This document shows positions 39,401-54,345 of a DNA stretch of 64,000 bases, piece by piece; the first letter of the stretch is position 1, and each line of letters starts with the position of its first letter. The notes below the pieces were generated by a model. It had not been told where the DNA came from and made no database searches. It saw nothing but the letters and a program-made list of their open reading frames with translations. Source of the stretch: Chlorokybus atmophyticus (taxonomy: Eukaryota > Plantae > Mesostigma and Chlorokybus algae); assembly GCA_009103225.1 (NCBI GenBank), contig RHPI01003156.1, forward strand, positions 412,537 to 476,536, read 5' to 3'. Position numbers and translations under genes: made by a program.

Positions 39401-39887
39401 TGCCTGCCGTGCCCCAGCATGCTGAGTGCATGTCAACTCCCGAACAGGACTGGCATGTACACAGCTCTGGGTAGGCAAGCGCCTAAGCTGTGTTGCAGAG
39501 CCCCGCCTTTACGTTGAAGCGCTGAGCTGGAGGTGCCAGCGCTGCATGCAACTCCAATATGCACACAGGAGCGAGAAGCAAGCTTACAGCAGCTGCGCTT
39601 CAGCACAATGCTGCGCCTTCAAGCTCTGTCGGTATTGTCCCACATGCAAGCACAAAGCCCAGAATGCCGCCCACCAGCTAAAGTAAGAGTACAACAGCGC
39701 AGAATGTTAGCGTTGCAACAAGCAACGCAGCTAATTACTTGCTTGCAGGGTTTTCAGCCCAGGATTCGACTTGGCGGTGGAGCATGGATGTCGGTGGCGG
39801 CAGTGGCAGTGGCGGCGGCGGCGGCGGCTTTGGAGATATGTGGGTTGTATGCGCTGTTGTGTTGTGACCTCCGGGTGAGTGGCGCAT
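36402..39887 (-). CDS. MATE (DinF/DTX44-47-like) efflux transporter, likely organellar; 5' end uncertain
   Basis: EKIVAVALPSLGALA|VDPLASLVDTAFVGRIGAVALAALG, VLDPLLMFTLGWGIGGAAWATAIAEY, ATRLGTAPAAAHQIALEV, GSVVGVWTAL...FRLAA motifs. The core 36402-39210 is solid; upstream exons are tentative. Confidence 0.9.
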
Positions 39888-40595
39888 GGCGGGTGGTGCT
39901 GTCAAAGGCTCCAAGCGCATTGAATGATGAATGAAGGATGAAGTCTGTTACACGGAAGCACATGATTTGGTGGATTACTATCAGTACATCGCTTCAACAG
40001 GATCCATACCAACACAACCCAAAACTATTACGTTACAACATCGTTGATTCGCTCAGTTAGAAGTCCTGCTGGGGTGTGCTTGCAGCACTGGATCTTGGAA
40101 GGAATTTACAATGACATATGTGTCATGTTGGTTGGTGCAGGAAGCAGCATGCGCAGTGTGCTAGCTGCTTCTTGTTGCGGCTACATGCCGGATGGAAGGT
40201 AGGGACGCCTTGCATGCTATAGATATTGACGCCGGTGATAATTATGAAGGAGCCAACGTCGCCCCCAAAGTCAGCCCAAACGCTCTTGACTCTCCGCCCG
40301 TTAGCAAACAAGGCAAGCATTGCAAAATTCATGTGCATTCGGGGACTCTGGGCCTTTTCACCTGTTGCTACACAGCACCAATAATGACAGTAGCTAAGTT
40401 GAACAATGGCACCGGTAGGAGTTGTTAAATAAACAAACAATACAGCTGAATTCTACGCAAGCTTACATTGTCAACAGCTGTGTCTTCTTTGGGTAGGGTA
40501 GCAGGGAACGGTGTCGTTCTTGAATGAGATGAGTGCATTTGTGCATGATTCCATGGCATCAGAATGAGAACATCACCTGCATGTATGAGCGTCCC

Positions 40596-43500
40596 ATGCC
40601 TGACATAGCCACGTACTTATTGCCAGAGGCAGAGCTTCTGCGGCAGTGGCAAGCCTTGCAGGCATCACAGAGCGAAGAGGAGGAGGAAGCATGGCAGGAC
40701 GCGAAAGAGTTGTGGTACGCGCATCAGCTAATGTAGCATTTGTGATTAGCATCCTGTCACTGTACACTGGGAGTTGTATACGACTTTTGTGAAGTCGCAG
40801 CCCTCCAAAACATGTGTTGATGCAAAGTAGTTAGTGCACGTACAGCATCACATTGTAAGCGCACCCGTTGCTCCGTGAATACTGTTACACTTTTGCTGCC
40901 AATATGTATGCAAATATGTTATTGGTTGACGCGTTGTGATGCGCCTGTGCCAGGTTCTCGAATGCAGCTTCATACCTGACAGCAGAGGGACGGTCTCACT
41001 GGTGGTGCAAGCATGCCAAGCTGATCACTCCTATGCTCGAAATCTTCTTTCATGTGGATGCAAGCAAAGAAGTCAAAGCATTGTGGAACCGTGCCGCTCG
41101 TCAACTTGGAGCTTGCGCACAATGCGTTGTACAGGTTTGTGTGTCGGTTAGTGCATATGCCCTCACCTAGCCGGTGAGGTTGTTCCTGACAATGGGTGTT
41201 TTAGCATCATGCAGCCATTGCTGCACTGCGCGAGGAGTATGACGATGGCTCTGTGGAGCCGCTACTTCAGGTAAAGCTTGCCATGTCAGAACGACAGGTT
41301 GGGACAGCCCTGCCATGCAAATTCGTGAGACGCTCTCTCGTGTTGTGTTTATTGGCTGCACACTGAGGTGTCATTTGTTGTCGAGTGCAGGTCCTTCAGC
41401 GACTTAATGAAGCCAGAATGTCACAGCAGCTTACGGTGGCATTGCAAACATTAGATGCAACTGGTGCGGGTGCGCAACAAGTTGACACAACGGGCATTAC
41501 TTTGTTTGAGGTTGGTTGCAAGGAGTATCATTACACGTTCCCTAGCAGTGCTAGAATTCAGCATGTCGGCGGTCAGGGTTTTAGGCTGCTTTTGTTAAAT
41601 TCAACACTGCGCCGTTGATGATAGGTCCTCAGCTACCCGACTCTGCTTGAGGATTTGGAAATTAATCACAAGGCAGCCAATCTTGTGTTGCAGCTGGCAT
41701 CCACACATGACATAGAATTTGCAGAGGGTGAACGCTATCCAGGGCTGTACACGTTTTTGATGCATCCAAATGAGCGTGTGAGGTCGATTGTCCATCCAAT
41801 GACACAACGGCTTGGACGCTTTGGGTCTGCGGAAGAGATTGCTGTCATTGAACCACAGCTGAAAAAGTGCATGCATTGGCTGGAGTTTGACCTCTTCGAT
41901 GACAACGGCCTTGCCGTGGTCCAAACCAATGATCAGGTGACGCATGCTGCCATGGATTGTGGCATTGCACAGTTGCATGGTTGTGGTTTTAGGTTCTGTG
42001 GTTTGTAACATGTGTTGTTGGCAGGCCAGACCACGCTTTCGCCAGTCAAAACTGGAGCTCTGGTCCGGCTTACACCGTATCCTCTGTTTGCTCGATCCTG
42101 GTGTTCTTGAAACAGAAGTGCTGGCGCGTTACCCAGCCTTTGTCAGCATAGTCCTCAATCACATAGGGGAAACCTCGCAGGTACTCCATGCGTTTCATGC
42201 ATTGGCATGGCAGGTAACAGGTTGCTAACAGCCAACGGCCGCTGATTACTTTATCGTGATGAAGGTTTTTAGCAAGACGCACCGACCACTTCTCGTGGTT
42301 TGTACTAACAATCCTCTTTGCAGACTTTCTGGCATGCGTTACGGTGCCTGAACACTCTGCTTTCGGTGTTGGGTTACCGTATGTGGATGCACGCCTCCTT
42401 TACACCAGGAGTTGTTTGCGACACGCTGCTCGGGCAATGTTTTCATGCCAAAGATGAACGAATTCATAAAGCTGTTCTGGATGTATTTTCTCCATTTCTG
42501 GAATCGCTTGAGGCGATGCAAGAGGAGGGCTGGGCAGCACAGCGTCGCCGCGTCCTTTACTTTTTGCTGCAGCAGGTTGCTTGTTGGCATGTAGACTGCA
42601 GTGTCAATCAGAGTGCGGCATCCATGATTAGAATTGACCTGTGCAGGTGCCCATGTCTCGACATTTTTCCAAACTGATTCGCGGAATAGCTTGCAAGCTG
42701 GCGTTCGGGATTATCAAGCGCGGGTATGTGGTCAGCTTGCCTGCAATTGAGTGTTGCATTGCATCTTACCCTTGCCATGCAGGTACACTCTGGCCCCGCC
42801 GGCTCCACCTGTTGAATGTGCACACTTCTGGGGACCTGCTCTCATAGACAAGCTAGGGGACGCAACCATCATGCAAGCTGTCCGCGATGCTGCCGTGGCC
42901 TGCGCATGTGTTGTTTTGGCCACTGATGCAGCGGTGCTCTCAAAGTTGCACTGCTATGCTGATACTGCGGATTCCGAAAGTGACGATGACATTCCATTGA
43001 ACATGTTGGCGTCTCGTGGTACCGATCTGAGCGCCTGCTTCAAGGCGTCTATCAAGGTTGGTGGCTCAGCAAACACGCAGTCAGCAGCAACGCCCGTATG
43101 TAGACATGTGTAACAGTTTTCACCACCTGCTGACACACCTAACTCCGCCTTGGGGAGGGTGGGAAACGGGGTTGGGAGGAACAGTTCTGTCAATTTGTTA
43201 ATGAGGTGGCATATCTAACTGCAGACTGTTGATGTACACATGTAGGCTGTCAAACAGTTGGCCAACGAGCCGCTGGGACACTCACAAGAGTTGCGGGAGG
43301 CTGCCAAACTAGCTGCAAGTCACACCGATACATGGAGTTGTGTACCCAAACTCTGGGAAGGTGTGATCTCGCAAACGCAGCCAGCAAAGATGCCTGCAGC
43401 GCTTTCTGCAGTTGTCTTCACGGCTGCAGCAACTATGTCAACCGCGGAACCAACTCGTATGGGACCTACACGAAGCGCCGCTGGTGAGCACACAAAGTTC

Positions 43501-46500
43501 TGGTTGGCTTGCGAGGGGCCTTCTTGTTCCAGGGGGTTGAGCTGTGTGTTGGTCATTCAGATCATGCAACGCTGCCTGTTGAGTCCATGCTCTGGACGGC
43601 ACCGCGTGGAAGCAGCGATGGAAGCAAGGGTCAACAATGCCCGAACACTGTTTTAGCCCGCGCGCATGGGCATGCCCTGCTGCTGATGCTAAAGCAGTGC
43701 GTAAGACATTTGCGCTGGCTTTGCGAATTGCATGGCCTGGTTGCAGAGCTCAGCCGGTGTGTATTCATTGTTCAATAGCTGAAGCTAGAGCATGGTTGCA
43801 GGTTCTTCGGTGACTATCTCGTCAAGCTGGGAGCATTTCGTGTGACACATGGTGATGCAGACACCTCGTACATGGTGGAGTGTTGTGCGCTGATCTCCAT
43901 CGACTCTGACAAGGTACATTCACTCAGCGCTCGATGTCTCGTTGGGAAAGCATTGCGTGCATGGTTGCAAACCCTTCCTCCATTTGACAAGACACCTGCA
44001 GTGTCTCATCCAGATCTGTAAATTGCTATCGATAGAGAAGGTTCCTTCATGTCTGTTGTAAACGCCATAAACACAGCACTGTGTGTTGTCGACGTTGTTG
44101 ACATGGGTAAGCTTCCAGCGTATCTCAGATGCTGGCAAGGGGGTGCTCTGCCACCTGCTCAACCAACCAGATTTTGAAAGAGCGTTTCATGTCCTGGTGC
44201 AACCTCAATATTCAAGGACACTGCTTCAATTTATGCAGCGGGCATTACTTTCGGTAATTCTTGGAGCTCGTTTGAGTTATGATTGTTCATCTCACGATTT
44301 GGATTCAGTCTAAGCTATATGGGCACGTGTTTGCAGGTCCAGGCAAGACCATTGCAGCAATGCTCACATGCAACAGGCCAGTTGCTGCAGTTGGTTCGGC
44401 GTTTGCTAGGTGCTTCAGCACCACCTGGAGAAGAGCATCTGGACTTGAGTGATGAGGAGTTGGAGAGGCTCTGGACGGAGAATGCCGACCTGCAACCCCA
44501 GGTCATACGTGCAGCATGGCAGGTTGTGATACATATAGTTGAACAGCGCAAGGACGTCTGCAAGTTGAAGTACGTCAAGGTACAACATCATTTTTGTGGC
44601 ATCTGCATGGCACAAACGCTTGTTGGTTACCCTGTTAGTAAGCTAACAGCCAAGGCTGTTGTACTTGCAGGAGCTGTGTGCGAGGGTATTTGAAGTGTTG
44701 CCTGCCCTCTGGCAGTGCCAATGCAGCCTAAACGAGGCTCCTGATTCAGAGTTGCAACTTGGCTGGCTTGCCTCCTTGCTACACTGGGGCAGCGGGGAAA
44801 TGCACGAGGTGATGCTGGGCTCTATTGAGCTTTGGCTATCGGCTGTGGCAATGATTCTGGAAGACTTAAAAGGACGCAATGCACCTTTGCCACGCGCCAG
44901 TGTTGCTGCCGCCTCAACGCTGCTTCAGAGTAAGCACCAGAGCCCAACTGGGTTTGTGTCATGTTGAGTCCATGAAAGTGCACCATGGCGGTTGCTTGTG
45001 CTGATTGAATTTTTATGCAGGTACAAGTACGCAAGACCACATTAGGTTGCAACTTGCACAGTATTTCCCTGCCTCGGCTCCTGGCAATCTGGCTAGTCAT
45101 CCTGTACTAAGTATGCCATCCAAGGCTCCCACAGCGTCCAGAGCTACTCCAGCAATCAGAGCCGCACAAAACAGTGCACAGATCGGACCTACAAAGGTTA
45201 CAACACCAGACAGCAAACAGTCTCAACCCTTCAGCAACCAGCGAGCTTTCATAACAGAAGTTGCCAAGGACACAAACGCAGTTGACCTGACGGATGATCA
45301 ACCAGTGCCGCAGCGACCATCTCATGTGACCACTGCACCAGGGGATTCAAGTGTGCGCGGGCAACGCATGCGCATCCTTCAGGACATGGGGTTTGCGCAA
45401 GGCCTGTGCGCACAAGCTTTGGATCTACACTCCAATGATTTAGACCAAGCAATGATTTGGCTGTTGCGCCGCAACACGCAACAGCCCAAACACCAGAATG
45501 ACGGTATTCGACCCTTCCTGACAAGAGCGCAGCCCATGCATATTACAGCTGAGATGGGGGCAAGCCGCCAACAAGCTGCTGCTGCTGCTGCATCGCCTCG
45601 CGCGCGACCATCAGTACATCATCCCGCAGTAACAGGCCGTGCACGCACTGTAGGTGCTATGCGTGCCGCTCTTCGCTCGCCATCAGGTCAAACTGCACAG
45701 AGGACTTCAATGCACAACAGGGATACATCTTTGCCTTTGCCAAGTCAAGTTGGCCGCAGTGAACCTGAGCATCAGCGGCAGCAAAAGCAGAGACAACAGA
45801 TACCACCACACCCGCCTAGAAGTCAATCAGTATCCCCAGCCCCGAGTCCCCACACACGCACAGAGAATGAGCCTGTTGGACAGGAGCCTGTTGGACAGGA
45901 GACCAATGATACCACCGAACCAGAGCTGAAGCGCCCTAGAGTCCCGCTGCGTCCAGTGCAGGTTCCCAATGCACCCCGGCGACAGATAATTCAGATAGCT
46001 GTGGGCCCCAACAACAGGCCGGGTAACCCGGTCAAGAAGTCACATGGGGAGGCGCCAGCTGTGGCTGCTGCGTTCAAGACTGTCCGCATGGATGACTGGT
46101 TCAGGGAGATCCTGTCTTGGCATTACTACCAGATTGTTGAAAACGAAGATCCTGCAGACATCAACCGGTTGAAGACTGTACCCGTCCAGTTTCAATCCGT
46201 TGGTGACTATCAAGAAGTCTTTCAACCTTTACTGCTAGAAGAACTGAAGGCCCAGGTGATGCGATATGCCGTATTTGCAATGTCTCAGATGTGTGCACCG
46301 GCGGCGACTAATTGCACTAACCATTGATGTCAGTGCATGCAATCTGCTTTACTGAGCACCGACATGATGCTGAATGTACATTTGGTGTTGCAGCTTCAAC
46401 GCAGCCATGAAGAAAGCCCGCTCCTGCATGAGGATTCGGCAACTGTACGCCAGCTGGCCTTGGATAAGGTTGACGTATTCCATGTTGCCCGCATGAAGGT

Positions 46501-49500
46501 CGAGGAAGGCAGTGTTGCAGAAGGTGACGGCTTGGCTGCTGTCTTTGCTGCTGTATACATGCTTGGTTGCGAGTTCAGTTCTTCAATTGCTTCTTTTGAC
46601 GAAGGTGTACGAGGAGTTTCTGAGAACGACCTTGTTCTGCTTGGAAAACCCGCGCATAAAGGCAGCTCTGGCGGCACGCAGTACAAAATGCACATGCTTG
46701 GGATGGTCATGAAGCGCGTTCGTGACTCTGGTGAGCGCGGACTGGTCCTTCAGTTGAGACTCTGCTTGGCTGGAAGTCAAGTAAGCTGGCACGTCGTGGA
46801 ATCCTTGAGTGCTTCTCTCAGTTTCGTGGGCAACTGCTTGCAGTGAGCCCAAATGTTGACGAGCTGTATCTGCATGCATCAGCAGCGGGCGATGGAATTG
46901 AAGGCAGCTTTGCTTGACAAGAGCACATGGAAAATTCACCGTGTCTTGAGCTTGACGCCTCAGCTCAGGGAGTTCCAAGCGCTTTCTGGAGTGGCAGCGA
47001 TACCAATAGTAGACGCTTTGCTGCACCCCAAGCATGGACAGATTCGCCTTACACGTGAAGCTCAAAAGGACCATCTTTCATCCATCCCTGTCCTTCAAGA
47101 TATACTGCATACCAAAAAACCATCGTTGGATTGCTTGACAGGCCTGCCTCCGGCATTGAGAACGCTGATGGAGGAACAATTTACATTTGACCAGCAGACT
47201 GCAGTCAATGCCGCGCTGGATGCGTGCAACAATGCAAGTGCCGAACAAGCGGACAAGCCCGGCATAGCGCTGGTGCAAGGGCCACCTGGGACAGGAAAGA
47301 CAAAGACTATTACAGCCATTGTGAGTGCTTTGCTCGCATCTCCAGCGCAAGCAGAGACCGAAGTGGCGGGGCAGGGCGCAAGACGGTCTGGTCTAGGTGC
47401 AGTGCGTGACTGGGATGATGATGACAGCACACATGCGTATGGTGGTGCGCGGCAGACTGCTGCAACACCAACGGCCGTCACAGATGCTGCCAAGCGGCAC
47501 ATCCTACTGTGTGCGCAGGTGACACCAGCAAATGACTAATGCTTGCGTAAGGGTTGCCTCAGTTGCTGCAGCTTCCGCGCATATGATGTGCGTTTGCTAA
47601 CTACACACATGTGGCTGTTAGTCAAATGCGGCAATTGACGAGTTGATAGGGCGTATCTTAGCAGGTGGTCTAGTTGGAACAGACGGCAGGTGAGTCGCAC
47701 CACGACATTGCACTTGATATGGTGAATTTGCTGCATGCATGCTGTATGAAGCAAGTTGCGGCAGGTCTTATGTACCAAGTGTTGTGCGAATTGGCAACAA
47801 AGACTCCGTGCACCCGACTGTGCAATCGGTGCATATACAATCCTTGGTGGATGCACATGCTTGTGGAGAGCATGCAAGCGGGAAGACCCATTCTGCTCAG
47901 CTTGCAGAGGCAATTGCTTTTTTTCATTGACTGAGCTCTGCTTGGTGCATGTCAGCATCTGCTGAATGCTGAATTCACTTGCAATCACCTTGGCCACAGC
48001 TACAAGCGCGGATCATGGTGCTAAGAACTGAACTTGCCGAGGTTGGGAAGCAAGTTGAGGCTAGGCGAACAGAAAAAGCACAAGCAGATGGAAACGCAGA
48101 CAAGGCAGAGCCTGCTGATGCAGAAAAGGAGAAGTTGGAGCGGCAGTTAGATGACGAGTTGTATGGCAAACGGCGTCGCATCTTTGCTGAGCTCAGCGCT
48201 TGTCAAGGTTAGCCGCATATTGTTGGAAAGGTTTCAGTGCGGTAGCAGTTGTTTGTTGCCAGCAAGTGGACAACATTGCTGCTTGGCTTGCGCAGCCAAG
48301 GAGCGGCAAGAAAAGGAGGCAATCGCCCAGGAAGGTACAAAATTGAGACAGGTGAGTGCAGACAGCACAAAGTGAACCCAAGCCCAGCTGTTACGTCTGC
48401 TGCTGCTGTGTACTAGTACCATTCCTGCACTTGTAAGTTGTCTTTTTAGTAATACTCCGCGTGCTATGCAGGACATCATCAAGGAGGCTACAATCATTGC
48501 CTGCACTCTGAGCGGCAGCGGGAGCGAAGAATTGACGAGCCTGTTTACTATTCCAAAGGCAGGCATTGGCTTTCATGCCGCCAGAAGGGCTGCCCCAAGC
48601 TGGCGTGGCTTCGATGCTGTCATCATTGACGAGGCGGCACAGGTGAGTTTTCCCTCTTCATGCATCAGGCAATGATTGTTTTTGCGAGTGGACATTGAAG
48701 TTCCTCTTGCACAGGCGCTGGAGCCTGCAACACTTGTGCCATTGCGGTCACTGGCTGGCACCCGCAGCTGCTGTGTTCTTGTTGGTGACCCGAAGCAGCT
48801 ACCCGCAACAGTTCTATCGCGCTCAGCTGCTCGCCTTGGTTACGAACAAAGTCTGTTTGAGAGACTGCAGAAGGCTGGCTTCCCTGTTGTGCTGCTTTCG
48901 ACTCAGGTGCTTCATATTGTGTGTTGTACATGTGCAGCACATCTTGTTGCATTTCAGCAAACGCTTGCAACCAACCTTCTTGTGCATGCCTTTGTCACAA
49001 GGATGCAATTGTTGACCCTTCGTGCGCATGCAGTTTCGCATGCACCCTGCCATTCGGCAATTTCCGTCAGCACACTTCTATGGTGGCCAGTTGGTGGATG
49101 GCGCAACGGTGTCAGCTGCCACACGTCAGCTTGCCTGCCACGAGCGCGCCTGCTTTGGGCCCTATGTATTCTTTGATGTTGTTGAAGGAGTACATGGCAC
49201 CTCCTCAGGGTCACGGTCACTCAGAAACCCTGCTGAGGCTGAACTCGCGGTTGAGCTGATCAGCGCGTTGCATACAATGCATCCTCAGGTATCATGCTTT
49301 TGGCATACTGTGCCACTCAGCTCTTGTGGGATGCAGCACGAAATGGCTTCAGATGTTGTATATGTCGGTTGCTTGTCATAAGCATCACTGTCAAATCCAA
49401 CTGGGTGCAACACGTTTATCAGGATTGCACACAAGGCAGGGTGGCTGTGGTGACGCCTTACAAGCAGCAGCTGCATGAGATTAGGTCACGACTTGCCCGC

Positions 49501-51408
49501 GTGCTTGGCAGAGACTTGGCCAGCAAGGTTGAGCTTGGTACAGTTGACGGCTTCCAGGTTAGTCCTTACAGTTCACCAGATTTGTAAATGTTGCGCTTCT
49601 GGCAACCAGCACGTGATTATGCCAGAGCCAGTGACTCTGTTCATTGCAGGGGAGGGAAGTAGATATCCTCATTCTCAGCACTGTTCGAGCCGCGACAGAA
49701 GGATCGCAAGCCGGCTCAAAAGGGGGCATTGGCTTTGTCGCGGATATTAGACGCATGAACGTTGCTCTGACCAGGTACACCAATCACTCTATGCAGGGCA
49801 TGGCTTCCATTAGCCAGGACACTGGAAGTTGATACACACGCATGTTGCTTACTTGGCATGCTCTTGTGCAGGGCAAAGCGCTCTTTGTGGGTGCTCGGCA
49901 GCTCTGCAGCACTTAACGTCAGCCCACACTGGTCGGCTCTGATTGCGGATGCAACCAAACGCGGCTGCTTCATGTCCGCAGTCCGGCCATTCTCTAGAAT
50001 TGTGTCTGCTTCGGGCATGGCAAAGCCTATGGTGCTGATGGATCCCGCACCCCATTTGCCATTTCCAGCTGTCAGTTCTGAAACAGATGTCGCAGCAAAA
50101 CGATCAAGGCCTGAGCAGGTTGGGGTTGGTAGCAGCTTAACTCCCGCTGTCAAGAAGCCACGTACAACGAGTGCAAGGCCACGCAGCTCTGTTGTTGATT
50201 ACAACAATGTGGTTAGCACTTCTTCTGGCAGTCTTTCAAAGACAGGGCTAATGGGGCAAGAGCCAAGGACCTGTGCAAGCGAAGAGATTCAAGAGCATGC
50301 GCCCATGTCTGTGCCTCCAGCTGCTCAACAATGCGCAGAGCGCTCATCCAGAGAGCCTGACAACACGCATGGCAGCGGTGGAAGCACAGCAGCAACACGC
50401 CAGGATCAACAAGTCGATAGCACTCAGACAGCTTTCCGGAATGGCGAGTTGCAGAGATTGAAAGACAGGGCTACAGCAGCAGTCAGCCACAGGAAGGACA
50501 CCTCCAGCAGACCCACTTTGTCCTCGCGAGCAGTGCAGAGTTCAGTTGCCAGGGACCAGGGTGCACAGGCTAGGGTGAGAGACAATGATGCCGGTGGCAG
50601 TGGACTGCAAAATGTATCCAGAAAGCCTCCAGTTCATACGAGCTCTCAAGCATCTGCCAAGGAAACTCTGGGTTTGCGCACGAATGACCAATCCCTGAGG
50701 TCTTCAGGTGCGTTTAGAGACAAATTGCAGCAAGCCAAGGAAACAGGTGCTGAGTCTGGTTTGAGACGTGAGCGTATAGAGCGGACAGAAGTTGCAGAGA
50801 AAGTGAGGGTCAGCGAGCACAAGGCACGTCATAAGCCTGAAATGCCGACCGAGCTTCGACCAAAGGATAGGGCTAGAGTTGATCAGAGTAGGGTTAGACA
50901 AGAGGATTCCAAACAAGGTAGGGCTACCAATGGCAAGGTATCGCACAGCCAGCAGCAAGGCGTGCAGCATGCAAAAGTCATGCAACAGGCAGCAACCAGT
51001 TCCAAAGCGCAAGCTGCACAATCCGCAGCTGTTGAAGCGCTGCCAGTACCGCCTCCACCTGTAGACGAAGCTGCTGAGCGCAAGCGTCGCAGAGAAGAAG
51101 CAGCTGCCAGGTTGGGGTCGGAAACAGTGTCATGCATCATGCCGCATGTTTCGATGTAGCACGAGTGTCAATGCTGTGTGAGTATCTTACGCTATGGTAT
51201 TGCATGGTCTCGCACTGACTCTTGAGACTTTTGCAGCTTGCCATCCATGTTTCGGTCAACGAGTAAACCACGTCAAGGTGTTGCACCAAGAAGTGAGGAT
51301 AGCAGACCACCCATGCCGGGGTCGCAGCAAGCGGGATCAAACAGCCGGCGGAACATGGATGGCAAGGACGCCTTGCAACCAGTTCGTCCCAGAGGACAAG
51401 GACATTAG
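40596..51408 (+). CDS. SETX: Senataxin/Sen1-like SF1 RNA/DNA helicase with plant-type N-terminal domain and an internal UBA domain
   Basis: N-terminus ELLRQWQAL...ELW|FSNAASYL..HWWC...ACAQC; YPGLYTFLMHP; TLLGQCFHAKDERIHK; CAHFWGPAL. Helicase motifs LVQGPPGTGKTKTI, IIDEAAQ, LVGDPKQLPATV, SLFERL, QFRMHPAIRQFPS, TVDGFQGRE, RRMNVALTRAKRSLWVLG. Stop TAG at 51406-51408. Confidence 0.95.
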
Positions 51409-52172
51409 CTCATACTGCTTTGGCAATTGTACTGTACTGCATTCTTAATGACTTGAAGCAGCTGCTTTGTGTACATGACGTGTACATACCCGCAACCACA
51501 CATGTTCTTGCGCGTAGGCAGGAACGTGCAGTTTTGGTTCTGACATCTGTGCGGGTGCAGTATGACAACGTGCAGAGAATGTGCACCACAGAAACACAGC
51601 AACTGGTGTGGTTTGTGCCATGCTGTGCCACTGCAGTCACATCTGAACACTGCAGGCATGCAACAGGGCGTAGGGAATAGTGCTGCTTCAATGGTTTAGC
51701 TATGTGGCAGGTGGTGCTGTAATTGCACTGTTATGTGTGAGCTAGTTTTCACGTCTTGGTCCATCCTCTTTCAAATTGCTGCAAATGTTGCGAAGGCGAG
51801 GAGGCACATGATGTCCGACCTGCCAAATAGCTGACGTTTCTGAAGTATGTAACGACAAAGGAATACATCTGGACCTGCAGTGGTATGGACTGCGCCTCTT
51901 CAACCCACTGAGTCTGTGCACTGACCCACTGGAATCTGCAACGAACTCTGCACAAGATGGCAAATCGTAGCGGCCTCAGCAGTGCACTGCAGCCACCACA
52001 AGACACTTCATCTTGCCATGCTGCTTATGGAACACGACTACATGCATAAGTGTTCAACCAAATCGCATGCGGCTCACACATGCATGTGCTAGCAGACAGG
52101 CAACGCACAGGTTGCGCCTGTTGCCCAACAGGATAATAATGCGAGCAGCTGCATGTATCTCGTAGCATATAT

Positions 52173-54345
52173 TTATTTAGCGACGGGCTTCAAACTGCGC
52201 AATGCAGGAATGTCAAGCTTGATTGACGGACCCATGGTACTGCTCAAATGAACACTCTTCCAGTAGACTCCCTTGGCGCCGGATGGTCGGTTCTTCTCAA
52301 TTGAGTCCTGCAAAAAACAACCGCTGTTTTCCTCCATGTGACTATGCAAGCTAAGTGAGCACGCTTTCAATAAGCGCTGAGTGAGGATGCTCTTGCAAGA
52401 TACTATGCACGCAAATCACAAACCTCTGCTGCATACGGGCGCATGCCACACAGTGCCATGACCAAAATCGTGACAGCACACAACCATTGTAGAGCACAGA
52501 ATGCTGAACCAACCCAGCAACTGCCAAGGCAATTCCACAAGGCGAGTACCTGAACAGCGGCCAGGTTCTCCAGCAAATCGGCCTCGTTAAAGTTAACCTT
52601 GCCGAATGCCAAGTGCACAATGCCTGACTTGTCTGCTCGGTACTCCACCTTACCCCGCTTCAGCTCTGACACAGCCTGCAGTCCACAAATGATGAGCACA
52701 ATGTGCAACAGAACATTGCGATCCAACATAATCTTTCACAATTGCACTCACCCCGGCCAGATCGGTGGTAACAGTGCCAGTCTTTGGGTTAGGCATAAGC
52801 CCTCGGGGACCCAGCAATCGACCAAGCGCAGCAACCTGCACATGCAAACAACACCCAAGGTCTTTTTGAAGTGATGATGCAACACAATAGTCGACTTGAC
52901 CAGTGTACTATGTACGTTTTAAGTACAGCAATTCGTAGCTGATGCCTAATCACTGTTGAGCGTGTGCAGCACCAACCAGTACCTTTGGCATCATGTCGGG
53001 TGTAGCAACGAGCTTGTCAAACTCAAGAAAGCCGCCCTTGATCTCCTCAATCAACTCCACTCCGCCAACTTTGTCAGCACCGGCATTCTTGGCCTCTGCA
53101 AGCTTATCATCACCTTGCGTCAAAACTGCCACTCGCACAACCTGTCCGGTTCCCTTGGGCAGAGAGACCTGCGAAATACGGGTTTCACGTCAATCGCAAT
53201 GCAGGCTGCTTAATACCAGGTTTTGATGACATTGCACATTGCATGAGATATTGGGGCACAGAATGGTTGTATATCTGCGAGAAAGTTTGGCACTCACTGT
53301 AGCGCGCAGCTGCTGATCAGTGTACTTAGGGTCAATGTTCAGGCGGACATGGACTTCCGCCGACTCCACAAACTTCGTGTTGGCTGTTTGTTTCATCAGC
53401 GCAACCGCAGCAGAAGGGTCCACTTCCGTCTTCTCAACTGTCCTTGCAATGGTAAGGTACCGCTTAGATCGGAACTGCACAGATGAAAGATCAGTCAGCT
53501 GGAAGCCTAACTAGCAACCAGCACATATTACAGACTCACAACAACCAGAAGACGTCCAAAAAGCAAAAAGCAAAACAACGGCTGTTCGCTGTGTCACTCT
53601 CAGCAACAACCTCAGAAGTAGCAGTTGATTGTGGTCTTGCATCAGTAAGGTGGCACACATGCCACATTAGGCATTACAAACGACATCGTGGATTATGATA
53701 CCAACTGCGCCACATTCAACGCCATTGGAGCTGCTTTCGACTTGCAGAACGCCCACACCCTCCACGTACTATCTACAACCTGCTACTACTACCTCTCACG
53801 ATACCTCCAATACACATTGTACAAGCAAGACTTGCCAATGAACAGTGGCACAGAAAACAGGCATGTGACAAGTATACGGTTTCCATCTGAATTGCCAGTT
53901 TGACGACTGAGTACTACGGCACTAGCTGCAAGTAGTCAATTCATTGTGTGCTCTGCTGCAAGCATTGCCAAGCTGGAATGCATACACTGGCCAGTGACCA
54001 TGCCGCGGACACAATGCCAATTATCCCAATGCCCTCAAAACAAAAAGGTGAGACAAAAAGAAATCGAGTTGAACTGCTCACCTTATCGCGGCCAGTAAGC
54101 TTGGGCTTGACAAACTTGCCATCCTGGGCGGGGGGAGCCTCGGTGGCGACAGCCTGAGCGACCACGCGACCAGCAACCAGAACCTGCTGAGTCCTGCCTG
54201 CGGGCAGCTTGGCTGAGAGAGGCGCCCTGGAAGCTATTGCGGCGGAGAACGCCAGCTGAGGCCTGCCGGACGCGGCGGCATTGCCCTGCTGCGGCCTCGC
54301 GGACAGCGCCGCAGCCACGTCGATGTACGCCACTGCGGCTGCCAT
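52173..54345 (-). CDS. RPL1: Plastid 50S ribosomal protein L1 with transit peptide
   Basis: [74 protein letters not shown]; Ala/Ser/Arg-rich N-terminal extension. Confidence 0.97.
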
